A DNA stretch of 64,000 nucleotides from an uncultured Gammaproteobacteria bacterium (GCA_964545335.1 CAZJFQ010000001.1:1766-65765); one strand, 5' to 3'; counted from the first letter of the stretch, positions 38,909 to 52,220 are shown. The notes: generated by a model from the sequence alone, not told the origin. Translations and numbers: made by a program.

Positions 38909-40261
38909 TTATGCAGACACCGCGAGCGCCCGGTCACCGGTCGCGATCCGACCGCGCAGCGAGTTCGGAAGCGCCTCGGTAATAATGACATCGACAAACT
39001 GACCGATCAGCCGCGAGGTGCCGTCAAAATTAACCCAGCGATTATTCTCAGTCCGGCCTGCAAACTGCCGAGGATCCTTTTTGGATGGTCGTTCGACGAG
39101 TATTCGCTGTGTGGTGCCGATCATCGTCCCGCTGATCTCGCCCGCCATTTCGTCAACTCTGTTTTGCAGGCGGAGTAACCGCTGGCGTTTGACTTCGTTA
39201 GCCACGTCATCCATGTACGAAGCTGCCGGTGTACCCGGCCGGCGGCTGTAGATGAAACTGAACGATTGGTCGAAGCCGACGTCGTTTATCAGATCCATGG
39301 TCGCTTCGAAGTCGGACTCGGTCTCACCAGGAAATCCGACGATAAAATCCGACGACAGGCTGATATCCGGCCGGGCCTCTCGAAGTTTTCTGATTTTCTG
39401 TTTGTATTCCAGCGCAGTATAACCTCGTTTCATCATTGACAGTACACGATCCGAGCCGCTTTGAACCGGCAAATGAAGATAGTTCGCCAACTCCGGCACC
39501 ATCGCATACGCACCGATCAGAGCATCGGTGAATTCCACGGGATGAGACGTCGTGAACCGGATCCGGTCGATGTCATCGATAACGGCTACATACTGTATTA
39601 GCGTCGCCAGATCACAAATAGTTCCTTCGTGCATTAGTCCCCGATAGGCATTGACATTCTGGCCCAGGAGGTTGATCTCTTTGACGCCTTGCCCGGCCAG
39701 CCCCACGATTTCCGCAATGACATCGTCAAACGGTCGGCTGAATTCCTCACCCCGGGTGTATGGCACAACACAGAAGCTGCAGTATTTGCTACAGCCCTCC
39801 ATGATTGAAACAAATGCAGTGGGTCCAGACGCCCTTGGCTCCGGCAGGCAATCAAACTTTTCGATTTCGGGAAAGCTGATGTCTACTACGGGATCGCCGG
39901 TTCGCTGCCGTTCGTCGATCATTGCCGGCAGTCTGTGCAGTGTTTGCGGTCCGAATACGAGATCTACAAATGGCGCTCGACGAATGATCGCCGCGCCCTC
40001 CTGGCTCGCAACGCAACCGCCCACACCAATGATCGTGTCAGGATTTCCGGCCTTGATCGCCCGGTACAAACCAAGTTGAGAAAACACTTTCTCCTGCGCC
40101 TTCTCGCGAATCGAGCAGGTGTTTAGCAGAATGACGTCCGCTTCCTCAGGGGTCCCGGTCAACTCGTAACCGTCTGCTTCAGCCAGTACGTCCGCCATTC
40201 TTGCCGAGTCGTACTGATTCATCTGACAGCCAAAGGTGCGGATATACAACTTGCGCGACAT
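38909..40261 (-). CDS. miaB: tRNA-2-methylthio-N6-dimethylallyladenosine synthase
   Basis: [11 protein letters not shown]-terminal cluster, radical-SAM [12 protein letters not shown], and a TRAM C-terminus. Confidence 0.96.
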   Translation of the reverse strand: MSRKLYIRTFGCQMNQYDSARMADVLAEADGYELTGTPEEADVILLNTCSIREKAQEKVFSQLGLYRAIKAGNPDTIIGVGGCVASQEGAAIIRRAPFVDLVFGPQTLHRLPAMIDERQRTGDPVVDISFPEIEKFDCLPEPRASGPTAFVSIMEGCSKYCSFCVVPYTRGEEFSRPFDDVIAEIVGLAGQGVKEINLLGQNVNAYRGLMHEGTICDLATLIQYVAVIDDIDRIRFTTSHPVEFTDALIGAYAMVPELANYLHLPVQSGSDRVLSMMKRGYTALEYKQKIRKLREARPDISLSSDFIVGFPGETESDFEATMDLINDVGFDQSFSFIYSRRPGTPAASYMDDVANEVKRQRLLRLQNRVDEMAGEISGTMIGTTQRILVERPSKKDPRQFAGRTENNRWVNFDGTSRLIGQFVDVIITEALPNSLRGRIATGDRALAVSA

Positions 40262-40306
40262 GAGTTTAAGGTACTATTTTTTAATGATTTTTTCTATGTG
40301 CCAACG

Positions 40307-42019
40307 TCAGCGTATGTAGCCGAGACTTTCCAGTTTGACAATAATTCGGTGCGCTGCATCGTCCGGCGTGATGTCCTGGGTATCGATCACCATTTCCGGA
40401 TCCTCAGGTGCTTCGTACGGATCGGAGATGCCGGTGAACTCCTTGATCACCCCGGCGCGGGCCTTAGCGTATAGCCCCTTGCGATCGCGTTGCTCGCAGA
40501 TCTCGAGTGGCGTCGCCACGTAGATTTCTACGAATCCGCCATAGGCATTGACCGTTTCGCGGACTGCCCGACGCGTGCCCGCATACGGGGCAATGGGCGC
40601 ACAGATCGCGATGCCGCCGTTTTTCGTTATCTCGCTCGCAACAAACCCGATGCGCAAGATGTTGAGATCGCGATGCTCGCGTGAGAAACCCAATTCGCTG
40701 GACAGATTCTTGCGAACGATATCGCCGTCGAGCAGCGTCACTTTTCTGCCGCCCATTTCCAACAGTTTGACCATCAGCGCATTGGCGATGGTTGACTTTC
40801 CGGCACCGGAAAGCCCGGTAAAAAACACGGCAAACCCCTGCTCATGTCGCGGTGGATGCGTGCGTCGCAACTCGTCGATCACGTCCGGGTAGGAATACCA
40901 CTCCGGAATCTCAATCCCTTCCTGCAGACGTCGGCGAAACTCAGTTCCCGAAACATTGAGTACGTGTTCGTCTTTGTTAACTTCATCCTCGGGAACGTAT
41001 TGCGCACGGCTCTCCACGTAAACGACATTGCGAAACGGCACCATTTCAATGCCCAGTTCCTCTGCATTCTTCTGCATCAGCTCCTGTGCATCATAGGGTC
41101 CGTAGAACGGCTTGCCGCGGCTGTCGTTACCGGGCCCGGCATGGTCACGGCCGATAATGAAATGCGTGCAGCCATAGTTTTTCCTGATAATGGCGTGCCA
41201 CAGCGCTTCGCGTGGACCAGCCATGCGCATGGCAAGCGGCAATAGGCTCAGGGCCGTGGTTTGTTCCGGGTACTGCTGTACCAGGTGTTCGTAACAACGG
41301 ACTCGCGTGAAATGATCCACGTCGCCCGGCTTTGTCATGCCGACGACGGGATGGATCAGCAGATTGGCTTCGACCTGACGCGCGGCCCGGAAGGTCAGTT
41401 CCTGATGCGCCCGGTGCATCGGATTCCGAGTTTGAAAAGCCACGACCTTCTGCCAGCCCAGTTTTTCAAACCGCGCCCGGAGTTCCGCCGGCGTGTCTCG
41501 CAGATGCTTGAAGTCGTAATGCATCGGCGACTCGACACCCTGGAGTCGACCCCCGACATAGACGGGATCAGCAATGTCCTTCAGGTAATAGACACCCGGG
41601 TGTTTAACATCGTCGGTTCCGAATACGCCACGGGCCTCGGCTATCTTGTCCGGTGTGTAGATATCGGTAACATCCAGCGTGGCATTGAGCACACCTTCCG
41701 CATCACGCAATGCAATACGATCACCGACAGCGATCTGCCCCGCAAACGCCTCACTGACGTCCAGCGTAATCGGGATCGGCCAGAGCGTGCCATCCTCGAG
41801 CCGCATGTTGCGAACAACGGACTTGTAATCTGCTTCGGTCAGGAATCCAGCCAGCGGTGAAAACGCGCCGCTCAACAGCAATTCCAGATCGCACACCTGG
41901 CGCGCCGTGAGATCCCATGACCTAAGGTCTCGCGCCGCGGCTCTTTCGTCTGCCGCCGCCTCCGTCGACAGATAGAGTACCTTTAACTCACCACCGTGAG
42001 GCTTGATGTAACCGTCCAT
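40307..42019 (-). CDS. Bifunctional sulfate adenylyltransferase / adenylylsulfate kinase
   Basis: ATP-sulfurylase motifs FQTRNPMHRAH and IIGRDHAGPG. C-terminal APS-kinase P-loop FFTGLSGAGKST. Internal ATG at 42019 (MDGYIKPHGG). Confidence 0.9.
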   Translation of the reverse strand: MDGYIKPHGGELKVLYLSTEAAADERAAARDLRSWDLTARQVCDLELLLSGAFSPLAGFLTEADYKSVVRNMRLEDGTLWPIPITLDVSEAFAGQIAVGDRIALRDAEGVLNATLDVTDIYTPDKIAEARGVFGTDDVKHPGVYYLKDIADPVYVGGRLQGVESPMHYDFKHLRDTPAELRARFEKLGWQKVVAFQTRNPMHRAHQELTFRAARQVEANLLIHPVVGMTKPGDVDHFTRVRCYEHLVQQYPEQTTALSLLPLAMRMAGPREALWHAIIRKNYGCTHFIIGRDHAGPGNDSRGKPFYGPYDAQELMQKNAEELGIEMVPFRNVVYVESRAQYVPEDEVNKDEHVLNVSGTEFRRRLQEGIEIPEWYSYPDVIDELRRTHPPRHEQGFAVFFTGLSGAGKSTIANALMVKLLEMGGRKVTLLDGDIVRKNLSSELGFSREHRDLNILRIGFVASEITKNGGIAICAPIAPYAGTRRAVRETVNAYGGFVEIYVATPLEICEQRDRKGLYAKARAGVIKEFTGISDPYEAPEDPEMVIDTQDITPDDAAHRIIVKLESLGYIR

Positions 42020-42100
42020 GCCTGGTCCGTCTGTCTCCTGACCCGGATACAAGACAACCCGGCGAGCCGATGCGCGCCGGGCCATCCGGGTTATCAGTTC

Positions 42101-42547
42101 CTAGAATGGGATATCGTCGTCGAAATCGTCGCGCGGAGCAGCGTCACTCTCACCGGTGGCTGCCACTGCCGCTGCAGGTACCGCCCCGGCTGACGGAGCA
42201 GCCGCTGCCCCCCGGCCACCGAGCATCTGCATTTCATTGGCAACAACCTCGGTCGAATACCGGTCATTGCCCTGTTTGTCCTGCCATTTTCGCGTTCGCA
42301 GGCGTCCTTCGATATACACCTGAGACCCTTTGCGGAGATACTCAGCCGCAACTTCAGCAAGCCGCCCGAACATTGCCACGTTGTGCCATTCGGTATGTTC
42401 CTGCTGATCTCCGGACTGCTTGTCCTTCCACGAACTGGTCGTGGCGATGCGAATATTGGTCACTGCACTGCCGCTGGGCATATACCGGGAATCCGGATCG
42501 GCCCCCAGATTGCCGACGAGTATTACTTTGTTGATGCCGCGTGCCAT
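42101..42547 (-). CDS. ssb: Single-stranded DNA-binding protein
   Basis: [15 protein letters not shown] start and acidic tip DDDIPF. The track start at 42586 is over-extended. Confidence 0.96.
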   Translation of the reverse strand: MARGINKVILVGNLGADPDSRYMPSGSAVTNIRIATTSSWKDKQSGDQQEHTEWHNVAMFGRLAEVAAEYLRKGSQVYIEGRLRTRKWQDKQGNDRYSTEVVANEMQMLGGRGAAAAPSAGAVPAAAVAATGESDAAPRDDFDDDIPF

Positions 42548-42640
42548 TGTGTTGCCTTCTTCTGTCAAAAGCGCCCGAACTCTCAACCCGGGCGGAACTG
42601 ATTATTGTATGACGCCATGCGGAAAAACTCATCTCCGCTG

Positions 42641-43849
42641 TTACCGCGAAATTGGGGCACTTTTGGTACTTTTCAAGCTCAATAGCAGCCATACCACTAC
42701 CAGAATGGTGCTGGCCAGGAAGACGCCGGCACCGTTAGCCCGGCCCAGAATCCAGCCACCGATCAGACCACCGGCGAACGCGCCGAGAAACTGGGACGTC
42801 GCATAGACGCCCAGCGCACCGCCGCGGCCTGTTGCCGGTGTGTACAAACTGACCAGAGCCGGCAGCCGCGCCTCCAGAAAATTGAACCCGGCAAAATAAC
42901 AGGCCATCGCAGCCAGGGCGGGCCAACGCCCGGCCGGGTACGAGCTGAGCACCAGACAGGCTATTCCCAGCAGGACGATCGCGGCCCGGTGAACCCGATG
43001 CGGATGCGCGGTCCTTTCGGACCACAGGATCAGCGGTACGGTGCCCGTCAGCGAGACCAGAAGCACGCCAAGGTAGATACGCCAATGCCCGTCTTCCGCA
43101 ATACCTAGCTGGTCCCGCAGCAGATAGGGCGCGGCAACAAACAAAGCGGTCAAGGTCAGGTGCAGGACAAATATCCCGAAAAAGATTGGTGCCAGTTGCC
43201 AGTTCAGTACATTCCCCAACGGCAAACTCTTCGCGCGCTCGTGCCGCACGGGTTCCGGAATTCCTGTCAGGACGACAACGAGTGCCACCAGTGCCAGACC
43301 GGCACCGGTCCAGAACAGGCCGGGCACACCGATCCACCGATCCAGCGCTGGTCCGAGCATCAATGCCAGCAAGAAAGAAAAACCGATGCTGAAACCGACG
43401 ACGGCCATCGATCGCGTTCTGTAAACGGGGCGCGTCAGATCCGCAAGCCACGCGAATAGTGCTGCTGAAATCGCACCTGCACCCTGCAGCGCACGCCCTG
43501 CGATGACACCGGTAATTGAATCGCTCACGGCAGCCAGCACACTGCCGGCGGCGAAAATCAATAACCCCCCTGCGAGAACGGGTTTGCGACCGATGCGATC
43601 GGACAAACGGCCCAGAGGGATCTGCAGGCCAGCCTGAGTCAGGCCGTATATGCCGAGCGCAAGACCGATCAGCATGGGCCGGGGACCTGCCAGACGCTCG
43701 CCGTACAACGTCAGCACCGGCAGCAACATGAACAGGCCGAGCATGCGTGCCGAAACAACAAATGCCAGCAGTGCAACAACCCGGCGCTCGAGCGCGCTTG
43801 CGCCGGCTACAGTTGCCTCCCGCATTTGTGCCTGTGCTGCCTTTGCCAC
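42641..43849 (-). CDS. MFS transporter
   Basis: 12-TM pattern and the MFS loop motif GRLSDRIGRKP. GTG start. Confidence 0.85.
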   Translation of the reverse strand: MAKAAQAQMREATVAGASALERRVVALLAFVVSARMLGLFMLLPVLTLYGERLAGPRPMLIGLALGIYGLTQAGLQIPLGRLSDRIGRKPVLAGGLLIFAAGSVLAAVSDSITGVIAGRALQGAGAISAALFAWLADLTRPVYRTRSMAVVGFSIGFSFLLALMLGPALDRWIGVPGLFWTGAGLALVALVVVLTGIPEPVRHERAKSLPLGNVLNWQLAPIFFGIFVLHLTLTALFVAAPYLLRDQLGIAEDGHWRIYLGVLLVSLTGTVPLILWSERTAHPHRVHRAAIVLLGIACLVLSSYPAGRWPALAAMACYFAGFNFLEARLPALVSLYTPATGRGGALGVYATSQFLGAFAGGLIGGWILGRANGAGVFLASTILVVVWLLLSLKSTKSAPISR

Positions 43850-43878
43850 GAGGATGAAAGGCGGCGTATATTAGCAGG

Positions 43879-46767
<2,889 letters not shown>

Positions 46768-46855
46768 ATTGGAACCGAAGCAGCTACAGCTCAGGCCGGC
46801 TGGGAGTCGTGCGCCGGTAGACGGCCGGTTCACATCTGATCGAGTCGGCGTAAAA

Positions 46856-47467
46856 CTATTTACAGTGCGCGCGCAGATAGTCTTCGCGAATCTCGATTGT
46901 GCGACGCAGTTCCGACACCTTATCGACGATGGCCATTTCCGACACGGAAAAGGTGTCGACCGGCAGGATGGCATTATTGCCGGCAATGCGTGTTCCAGTC
47001 GGCGGCTCGAGCGCCTTTTCGTCCAGCGCCAGGAGTTTTCGAACCACAGCACAGTCGCCCCAGTCGGCGTTCAGCCTTGTATACAAGCGACTTGCCCTGC
47101 TCCGTTCTGCCGCGGTCAGCTGGGGCCGGATTTCCTGATCGAGCGCCTTGAGTTCCGGAATGTCGCGCTCCGCCGCGAGCTGAATCCAGGCTGCGCCGCG
47201 CGCTGCATCCTGTTCAACACCGATCCCCTGTAAATACATCAGGCCGATCTGGTACTGCGCATACTTGTCCCCAATCGGGGCGAGCTGATCTCTGTATGTC
47301 CTGAGGGCCGACTTGTAGTCGCCGCCTGCAAATTCTGAATCCGCAAGTTTCTGAGCATCGACGTAGGCTTCCGTCATCGGCGGGCCGGGAAATTCGTCCG
47401 CTAGTGTACCGGCAAACACCCAGGTCACCGTCAAAATGCCAAGGCTAAGGCCAATCATTTTCGACAT
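46856..47467 (-). CDS. Secreted Sel1-like repeat protein
   Basis: ATG at 47467 is preceded by GGGAGG. Signal-like MSKMIGLSLGILTVTWVFAG. Sel1-type repeat YQIGLMYLQGIGVEQDAARGAAWIQLAAERD. Confidence 0.7.
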   Translation of the reverse strand: MSKMIGLSLGILTVTWVFAGTLADEFPGPPMTEAYVDAQKLADSEFAGGDYKSALRTYRDQLAPIGDKYAQYQIGLMYLQGIGVEQDAARGAAWIQLAAERDIPELKALDQEIRPQLTAAERSRASRLYTRLNADWGDCAVVRKLLALDEKALEPPTGTRIAGNNAILPVDTFSVSEMAIVDKVSELRRTIEIREDYLRAHCK

Positions 47468-47629
47468 GAATCGCCTCCCATAGTCGTCATAGTAATTACA
47501 ATTTGGCCGCACCGACCCAAAAAAGTTCTGACCCAATACGCCATTTCGGCCGATCACTGTACCCGCGCGACCGAGCCGCTCCGTGTTGTGGACCGCACTG
47601 ACCAATCAGGCGTACCGGTGCGCCGGAAA

Positions 47630-48190
47630 CTACCCGGCGTCTGTCGGCGCGTTGCCGATAAATCTGCCTAGTACGAGGCCGGCGATGATCCAGATCGTAA
47701 TGTCGTAGATCCCCACGAATGTTTGATAGGTTATCGGCGCGGACATCCAGATGGCGTCCGACAGATTCGTGAAAAAGGACGCCACAAATCCCGCAGCGGC
47801 TGTAAATTTTACCTTGTCCCCATAACCGGCCAGCGAAGGCAGAACCATTGTCATGAGCCAGCCGATCAGGAGACAAGTCACGAAATAGTGAATGAATCCC
47901 TTTAATAAAATCATCGGTTGCATCACCGGCGCGCCATCTTTGTGATAGAAAACCATCGCCAATGGTCCCGCTTCGTGTCTCCGGGTAAACGCTTCTTCAT
48001 CATCCATGTTGCCCGGAACAAAATAGGCGCCGGATTCGCCGAACGCCTCTGACAATGCTTGTTGCGCAATTTCATCATCGGCCGGCCGATCCAAGATTGC
48101 ACCCGACGCAAAACCTGAAGCCCAGTAAATCCACCCCCATAGAAACATCGCGACAGCTGCAACGAGACTGCCAACTATCAATTTCTGCAT
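47630..48190 (-). CDS. Hypothetical membrane protein
   Basis: N-terminal and three C-terminal hydrophobic helices. GAGGGG RBS upstream of the ATG. Confidence 0.6.
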   Translation of the reverse strand: MQKLIVGSLVAAVAMFLWGWIYWASGFASGAILDRPADDEIAQQALSEAFGESGAYFVPGNMDDEEAFTRRHEAGPLAMVFYHKDGAPVMQPMILLKGFIHYFVTCLLIGWLMTMVLPSLAGYGDKVKFTAAAGFVASFFTNLSDAIWMSAPITYQTFVGIYDITIWIIAGLVLGRFIGNAPTDAG

Positions 48191-48370
48191 GACAAGGAAT
48201 CCCCTCGCTTTTTGTTGTAATTTGCTCAGTAGCCTACAAAGCTACCCGGCTATTTATGACACAAATCGTGTGTACCTGATAGATATTTAACTTGTTGAAA
48301 TATATACTATTTATGCGATTTTTATGTAGGCCTGCAAGTACCCCCAGGAAATATCATGCGTCGCTGATTG

Positions 48371-49180
48371 TCACTTGCGCGTCGCAACGATCCCGAGCAT
48401 CGGTGGTGAGAAAAAGAAACTGACCCCGTCCGTTTCGCGTTCCTGCCATTCGTTCCTGAATTCCTCCAGTTCACGTTGCGAGATGTACCCCTTGTCAACA
48501 AGACCGGGCAGATACGTCTGCAAAAATCGCGTTACCCATGCCCAGACATCTGATCCAGGACGCGCTGCCCGGCAGACAGGGACAATCTCCTCTACGACAA
48601 AATCGTTGTTCTTTAGCAGCAGCGGCAACTTGCCACCTACATACAGATCTCCACCGGCGTCGACAAAGCTCTGTTGGATACGCTTGAAAACGTATCGGAA
48701 ACGATCACCAGAAGGTTCCAGATCGACGGCAAGATAATTGAAATAGTCGAAAGCTACGAGTGTTCCACCCGGCTTAAGAGCAGTGGCCGACTTTTTGACA
48801 ATACTTTCATGGTCCGTGAGAAAACAGAACAACCAGCGTATGAACACGCCGTCGAAACAGGCGGATCCATAATCGCATTCGTAAACATCCCCGGTTCGGA
48901 CTTCTATATTCGCGATTCCAGTATCGGCAACGTGTCGCCTCAGGAGGTCCGTGTATTTTGGGGAGGCATCCAGGGCAACGACGCGGCCCGACGCACCCAC
49001 GATTCCGGCCAGATCGACGGTCGCCAACCCGGGACCGGCGGCGAGGTCAAGCAGCGTCTGACCTTCACGAAAATTCGCCAGTGACCACAGACGTTCTGTT
49101 TCAGTGCGCCAGACTTCATGCTGAAACCGGAGTCGTTCGAGTTCTTCGTCGTTTGTGCCCAGCAGGTATTCTTCCGTCAT
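48371..49180 (-). CDS. Class I SAM-dependent methyltransferase
   Basis: Motif I LLDLAAGPGLATV and an acidic residue in VVALDAS. The ATG at 49180 is preferred. The track start at 49198 is TTG and overlaps the upstream stop. Confidence 0.8.
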   Translation of the reverse strand: MTEEYLLGTNDEELERLRFQHEVWRTETERLWSLANFREGQTLLDLAAGPGLATVDLAGIVGASGRVVALDASPKYTDLLRRHVADTGIANIEVRTGDVYECDYGSACFDGVFIRWLFCFLTDHESIVKKSATALKPGGTLVAFDYFNYLAVDLEPSGDRFRYVFKRIQQSFVDAGGDLYVGGKLPLLLKNNDFVVEEIVPVCRAARPGSDVWAWVTRFLQTYLPGLVDKGYISQRELEEFRNEWQERETDGVSFFFSPPMLGIVATRK

Positions 49181-49194
49181 ATCCGGTCGTTCCT

Positions 49195-50379
49195 TCAAAC
49201 CGGTCCGCCAAAGGCGGGGTACGTCGGCAGATTACTGTCGGAATCTGACCACCGGGAGCGCAACCGATGCGCCAGATCCGAAAAAAACGCCCCGGTGGCG
49301 GTGAGGTGACAACAGCTCTCGGTCGTTGCTGCGAAGCTCTCGAATCGGGACACGAACCTCTGTCTCTCTGTAGCCGTACCCCAGGTCTGATCCTGATCCG
49401 GCAGTTTACGGCTGGTGATCATATCCAGCACGAGATAAGCACAGGCCTCAGCGATGGACGCCTGGTACAACTCATCATCGCCGGCCTGGGGTATCTTTGT
49501 TACGAGTTCGCTCCGATAGGTGTCCTCCATGCGGTCGAGCAGTTCCAGCGGAATTCCTCGAACACACCAGCATGACGGGAAGTGCATCCGGGCATAGACG
49601 CCGTCTACAAGGAACGGTCCGAAATTGCTGAAGGCAAAGTCCCAGACTTTCATGCCGTCCGTTCCAACAGCAAAATTATCCGGGCAGGCATCGTTGTGGA
49701 CAAAAGCAACATACGGACCTTGATCGGCAAAAAAGCCATCCATCCCCGCAATCTCCGTTGTTACGTCGCGCGGCATGGACAGACTGACAGCCCTGGCGCA
49801 TTCGCCAGCGGCCGCAATCAGCCGGGCGCACTTGTCCGCGGGACTCAATTCCGTTCGCGCTGTGCCGAACTGCATCTGTATCTGGTTGTAGGTTTCGCGT
49901 CGCAGGTAAGTCGATGAATGCAAGCGCCCCAACGTAACCGCGACATCAATCAAAGCACTTTCGGCAGCTTCCTGATTACTACCGAGCAGAATCTGGTCCA
50001 CCAGTGTGACTTCCCCAAGATCTTCGAGGAGAATCATTCCGATCGATGAATCGGCGGCAATCGGGTGCGGCGCCAGTCGGGAGGTGGAAGCGTCTGTTGA
50101 CAGGAATTCGAGTCCGCAGGATTCGTTGCGGAACCGTTGCCTAGTATCAAAAGAATCTTCGGGCTGCTCTCCCATGTCCGACGGTGACAAAACACGTTTG
50201 GCAACGACGGATGCCGGCGCCGCCTGCGGCGCGGCGGCGAAGTCAAGGCGATACACCCGGGTGTACCTTCCGCTCTTCAGGATCTCGCCCTGAGCTACCT
50301 TGACCGGTTCACCCCACACACGTGACAGCAACTCGCCGGCGAGGATGGCGGTCTCATTGTCGAAATCGTCAGAGGGCAT
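49195..50379 (-). CDS. Aminoglycoside/choline-kinase-like phosphotransferase family protein
   Basis: Catalytic loop FVHNDACPDNF and downstream VWDFAFS (the D-x-x pair of APH-type kinases). Confidence 0.75.
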   Translation of the reverse strand: MPSDDFDNETAILAGELLSRVWGEPVKVAQGEILKSGRYTRVYRLDFAAAPQAAPASVVAKRVLSPSDMGEQPEDSFDTRQRFRNESCGLEFLSTDASTSRLAPHPIAADSSIGMILLEDLGEVTLVDQILLGSNQEAAESALIDVAVTLGRLHSSTYLRRETYNQIQMQFGTARTELSPADKCARLIAAAGECARAVSLSMPRDVTTEIAGMDGFFADQGPYVAFVHNDACPDNFAVGTDGMKVWDFAFSNFGPFLVDGVYARMHFPSCWCVRGIPLELLDRMEDTYRSELVTKIPQAGDDELYQASIAEACAYLVLDMITSRKLPDQDQTWGTATERQRFVSRFESFAATTESCCHLTATGAFFSDLAHRLRSRWSDSDSNLPTYPAFGGPV

Positions 50380-50388
50380 ATGACTGTG

Positions 50389-50517
50389 TCTTGAGTCCTG
50401 AGCCAGCGGCGCAACTGCGCCGGATATTTTTCCATTTTTTTGATGTTCTTCGTGGTCAATTACGCGTCAGCGTTACTTCCCGCTTCCCGCTTCCCGCTTC
50501 CCGCTTCCCGCTTCCCG
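50389..50517 (+). repeat. Composite heptamer/hairpin/heptamer element, long variant with 6 perfect CTTCCCG units (copy 5)
   Basis: TCTTGAG TCCTGAG (50389-50402). Hairpin CGGCGC-AACT-GCGCCG (50407-50422). Spacer with ACGC-GTCA-GCGT (50462-50473). (CTTCCCG)x6 at 50476-50517, 5 nt from the ggt stop codon. The unit count was checked against ORF 50322..50555. Confidence 0.85.
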
Positions 50518-50522
50518 CTTTT

Positions 50523-52220
50523 TCAGTATCCCGCCGCCTGTCCATCCTTACGTGATTCCGATGCACCCAGATAGATACCGCGATCATGATCGCGCAGGAT
50601 CGCCTGATAGCCCCCAAAACCGCTGTTTGCACGCGCGACCGAATGCCCCTTTGCTTCCAGATCCGTCACCGTAGTATCGCTGAAGGCGCTTTCGATCAGC
50701 ACACGTCCACCGTCTGACATGCTCTCGCCGGTGGGCTGACTTGAACCCTCGTGGCGGATTCGCGGTGCATCGCCCGCTTCCTGCAGGTTCATGCCGAAAT
50801 CGATCATATTGACCAGGATCTGCGCGTGCGCCTGCGGTTGCATGCCGCCGCCCATTACTCCGAAGCTCATTACCGGCATGCCGTCTCTTGTTACAAACGC
50901 CGGGATGATCGTATGAAACGGACGCTTGCCGGGCGCGTAGACGTTGTTATGCCCGGCTTCGAGGCTGAACAGTTCACCGCGATCCTGAAGACTGAAACCC
51001 AGATCCACCGGTGTCATGCCGGAACCCATGCCGCGATAGTTGCTCTGGATCAGCGAAATCATGTTGCCCTCAGAATCCGCGACGGTGAGGTATATCGTAT
51101 CGCCTGCGTCGGGCAGGCCGGGCGGATAACTTCCTGCCGCGTTCGTACCGATAAGGTCCCGACGTTGATCCGCATAGCTTTTCGAAATCAACTGCTGTAC
51201 CGGCATCTCGACGAAAGCGGGGTCTGCGTAGTACTTCGCCCGATCCTCGAAGGCCAGCTTCTTTGCCTCGACGAAGGTATGAACGTAGTCAGCACTGTCG
51301 AAACCCATCGCGGAAAGGTCAAAACCCTCAAGGATGTTCAGGATCTGCAAGGCAGCAATTCCCTGACCGTTGGGCGGCAGTTCCCAGACGTCGAACCCTC
51401 GGTAGTTCGTTGACAGCGGCTCCACCCATAGCGATTCATGACTGGCCAGATCGTCGTAACTCAAAAAGCCGCCGTTTTCCCGCATAAAGACGTCGATCGT
51501 TCGGGCTATATCCCCCTTGTAAAACGCGTTCCGCCCTTCATCGGCCAGTTTCTGGTAAGTATCAGCCAGTGCGGGATTCCGGAAGATATCTCCCTTGTCA
51601 GGTGGCTGACCGTCTGGCAGAAACACCTCGGCAAAGCCCGGCCACGGTTTTCGAGCGGGGGTGTTGAGTTTCCAGTAGAACGATATGACTTCCGAGACTG
51701 GAAATCCTGCGCGTGCATAGCGAATCGCCGGCGCCAGCACGTCGCTCATCGGAAGACGTCCAAAGCGGTCGTGCAATTCGAACCAGCCATCTACAGCGCC
51801 AGGTACACTGACCGGCACTGGCCCGAAAGACGGAATTTTCTCCAGACCTCTTTCCAGAAAATAGTCGAGAGTGAGCGATCGGGGTGATCGGCCACTCGCA
51901 TTAAGACCGTGGAGTTTCCGCTTATCGGCATCCCAGACAATTGCAAAAAGATCGCCGCCAATACCGCAACCTGTTGGCTCCATCACCCCTAAGGCCGCGT
52001 TAGCTGCTATCGCTGCGTCTACAGCCGATCCGCCCTGTTTGAGGATGTCGAGAGCTATCTGGGTGGCGAGTGGCTGACTTGTCGCTGCCATGCCGTGCTT
52101 CGCAATTACCTCAGAGCGGGAGGCAAAAGTGTCTCCCTCGACACGATCAAAACCATGAGCCATAGGCATAACCAGTGAAAGCAGCAAACCCGGTGATATA
52201 AGCCGCGCTCGCGAAAACAT
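50523..52220 (-). CDS. ggt: Gamma-glutamyltransferase
   Basis: Signal-like N-terminus and Ntn-hydrolase family. Processing-site context GDTIYLTVAD. C-terminal GGYQAI. Confidence 0.9.
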   Translation of the reverse strand: MFSRARLISPGLLLSLVMPMAHGFDRVEGDTFASRSEVIAKHGMAATSQPLATQIALDILKQGGSAVDAAIAANAALGVMEPTGCGIGGDLFAIVWDADKRKLHGLNASGRSPRSLTLDYFLERGLEKIPSFGPVPVSVPGAVDGWFELHDRFGRLPMSDVLAPAIRYARAGFPVSEVISFYWKLNTPARKPWPGFAEVFLPDGQPPDKGDIFRNPALADTYQKLADEGRNAFYKGDIARTIDVFMRENGGFLSYDDLASHESLWVEPLSTNYRGFDVWELPPNGQGIAALQILNILEGFDLSAMGFDSADYVHTFVEAKKLAFEDRAKYYADPAFVEMPVQQLISKSYADQRRDLIGTNAAGSYPPGLPDAGDTIYLTVADSEGNMISLIQSNYRGMGSGMTPVDLGFSLQDRGELFSLEAGHNNVYAPGKRPFHTIIPAFVTRDGMPVMSFGVMGGGMQPQAHAQILVNMIDFGMNLQEAGDAPRIRHEGSSQPTGESMSDGGRVLIESAFSDTTVTDLEAKGHSVARANSGFGGYQAILRDHDRGIYLGASESRKDGQAAGY

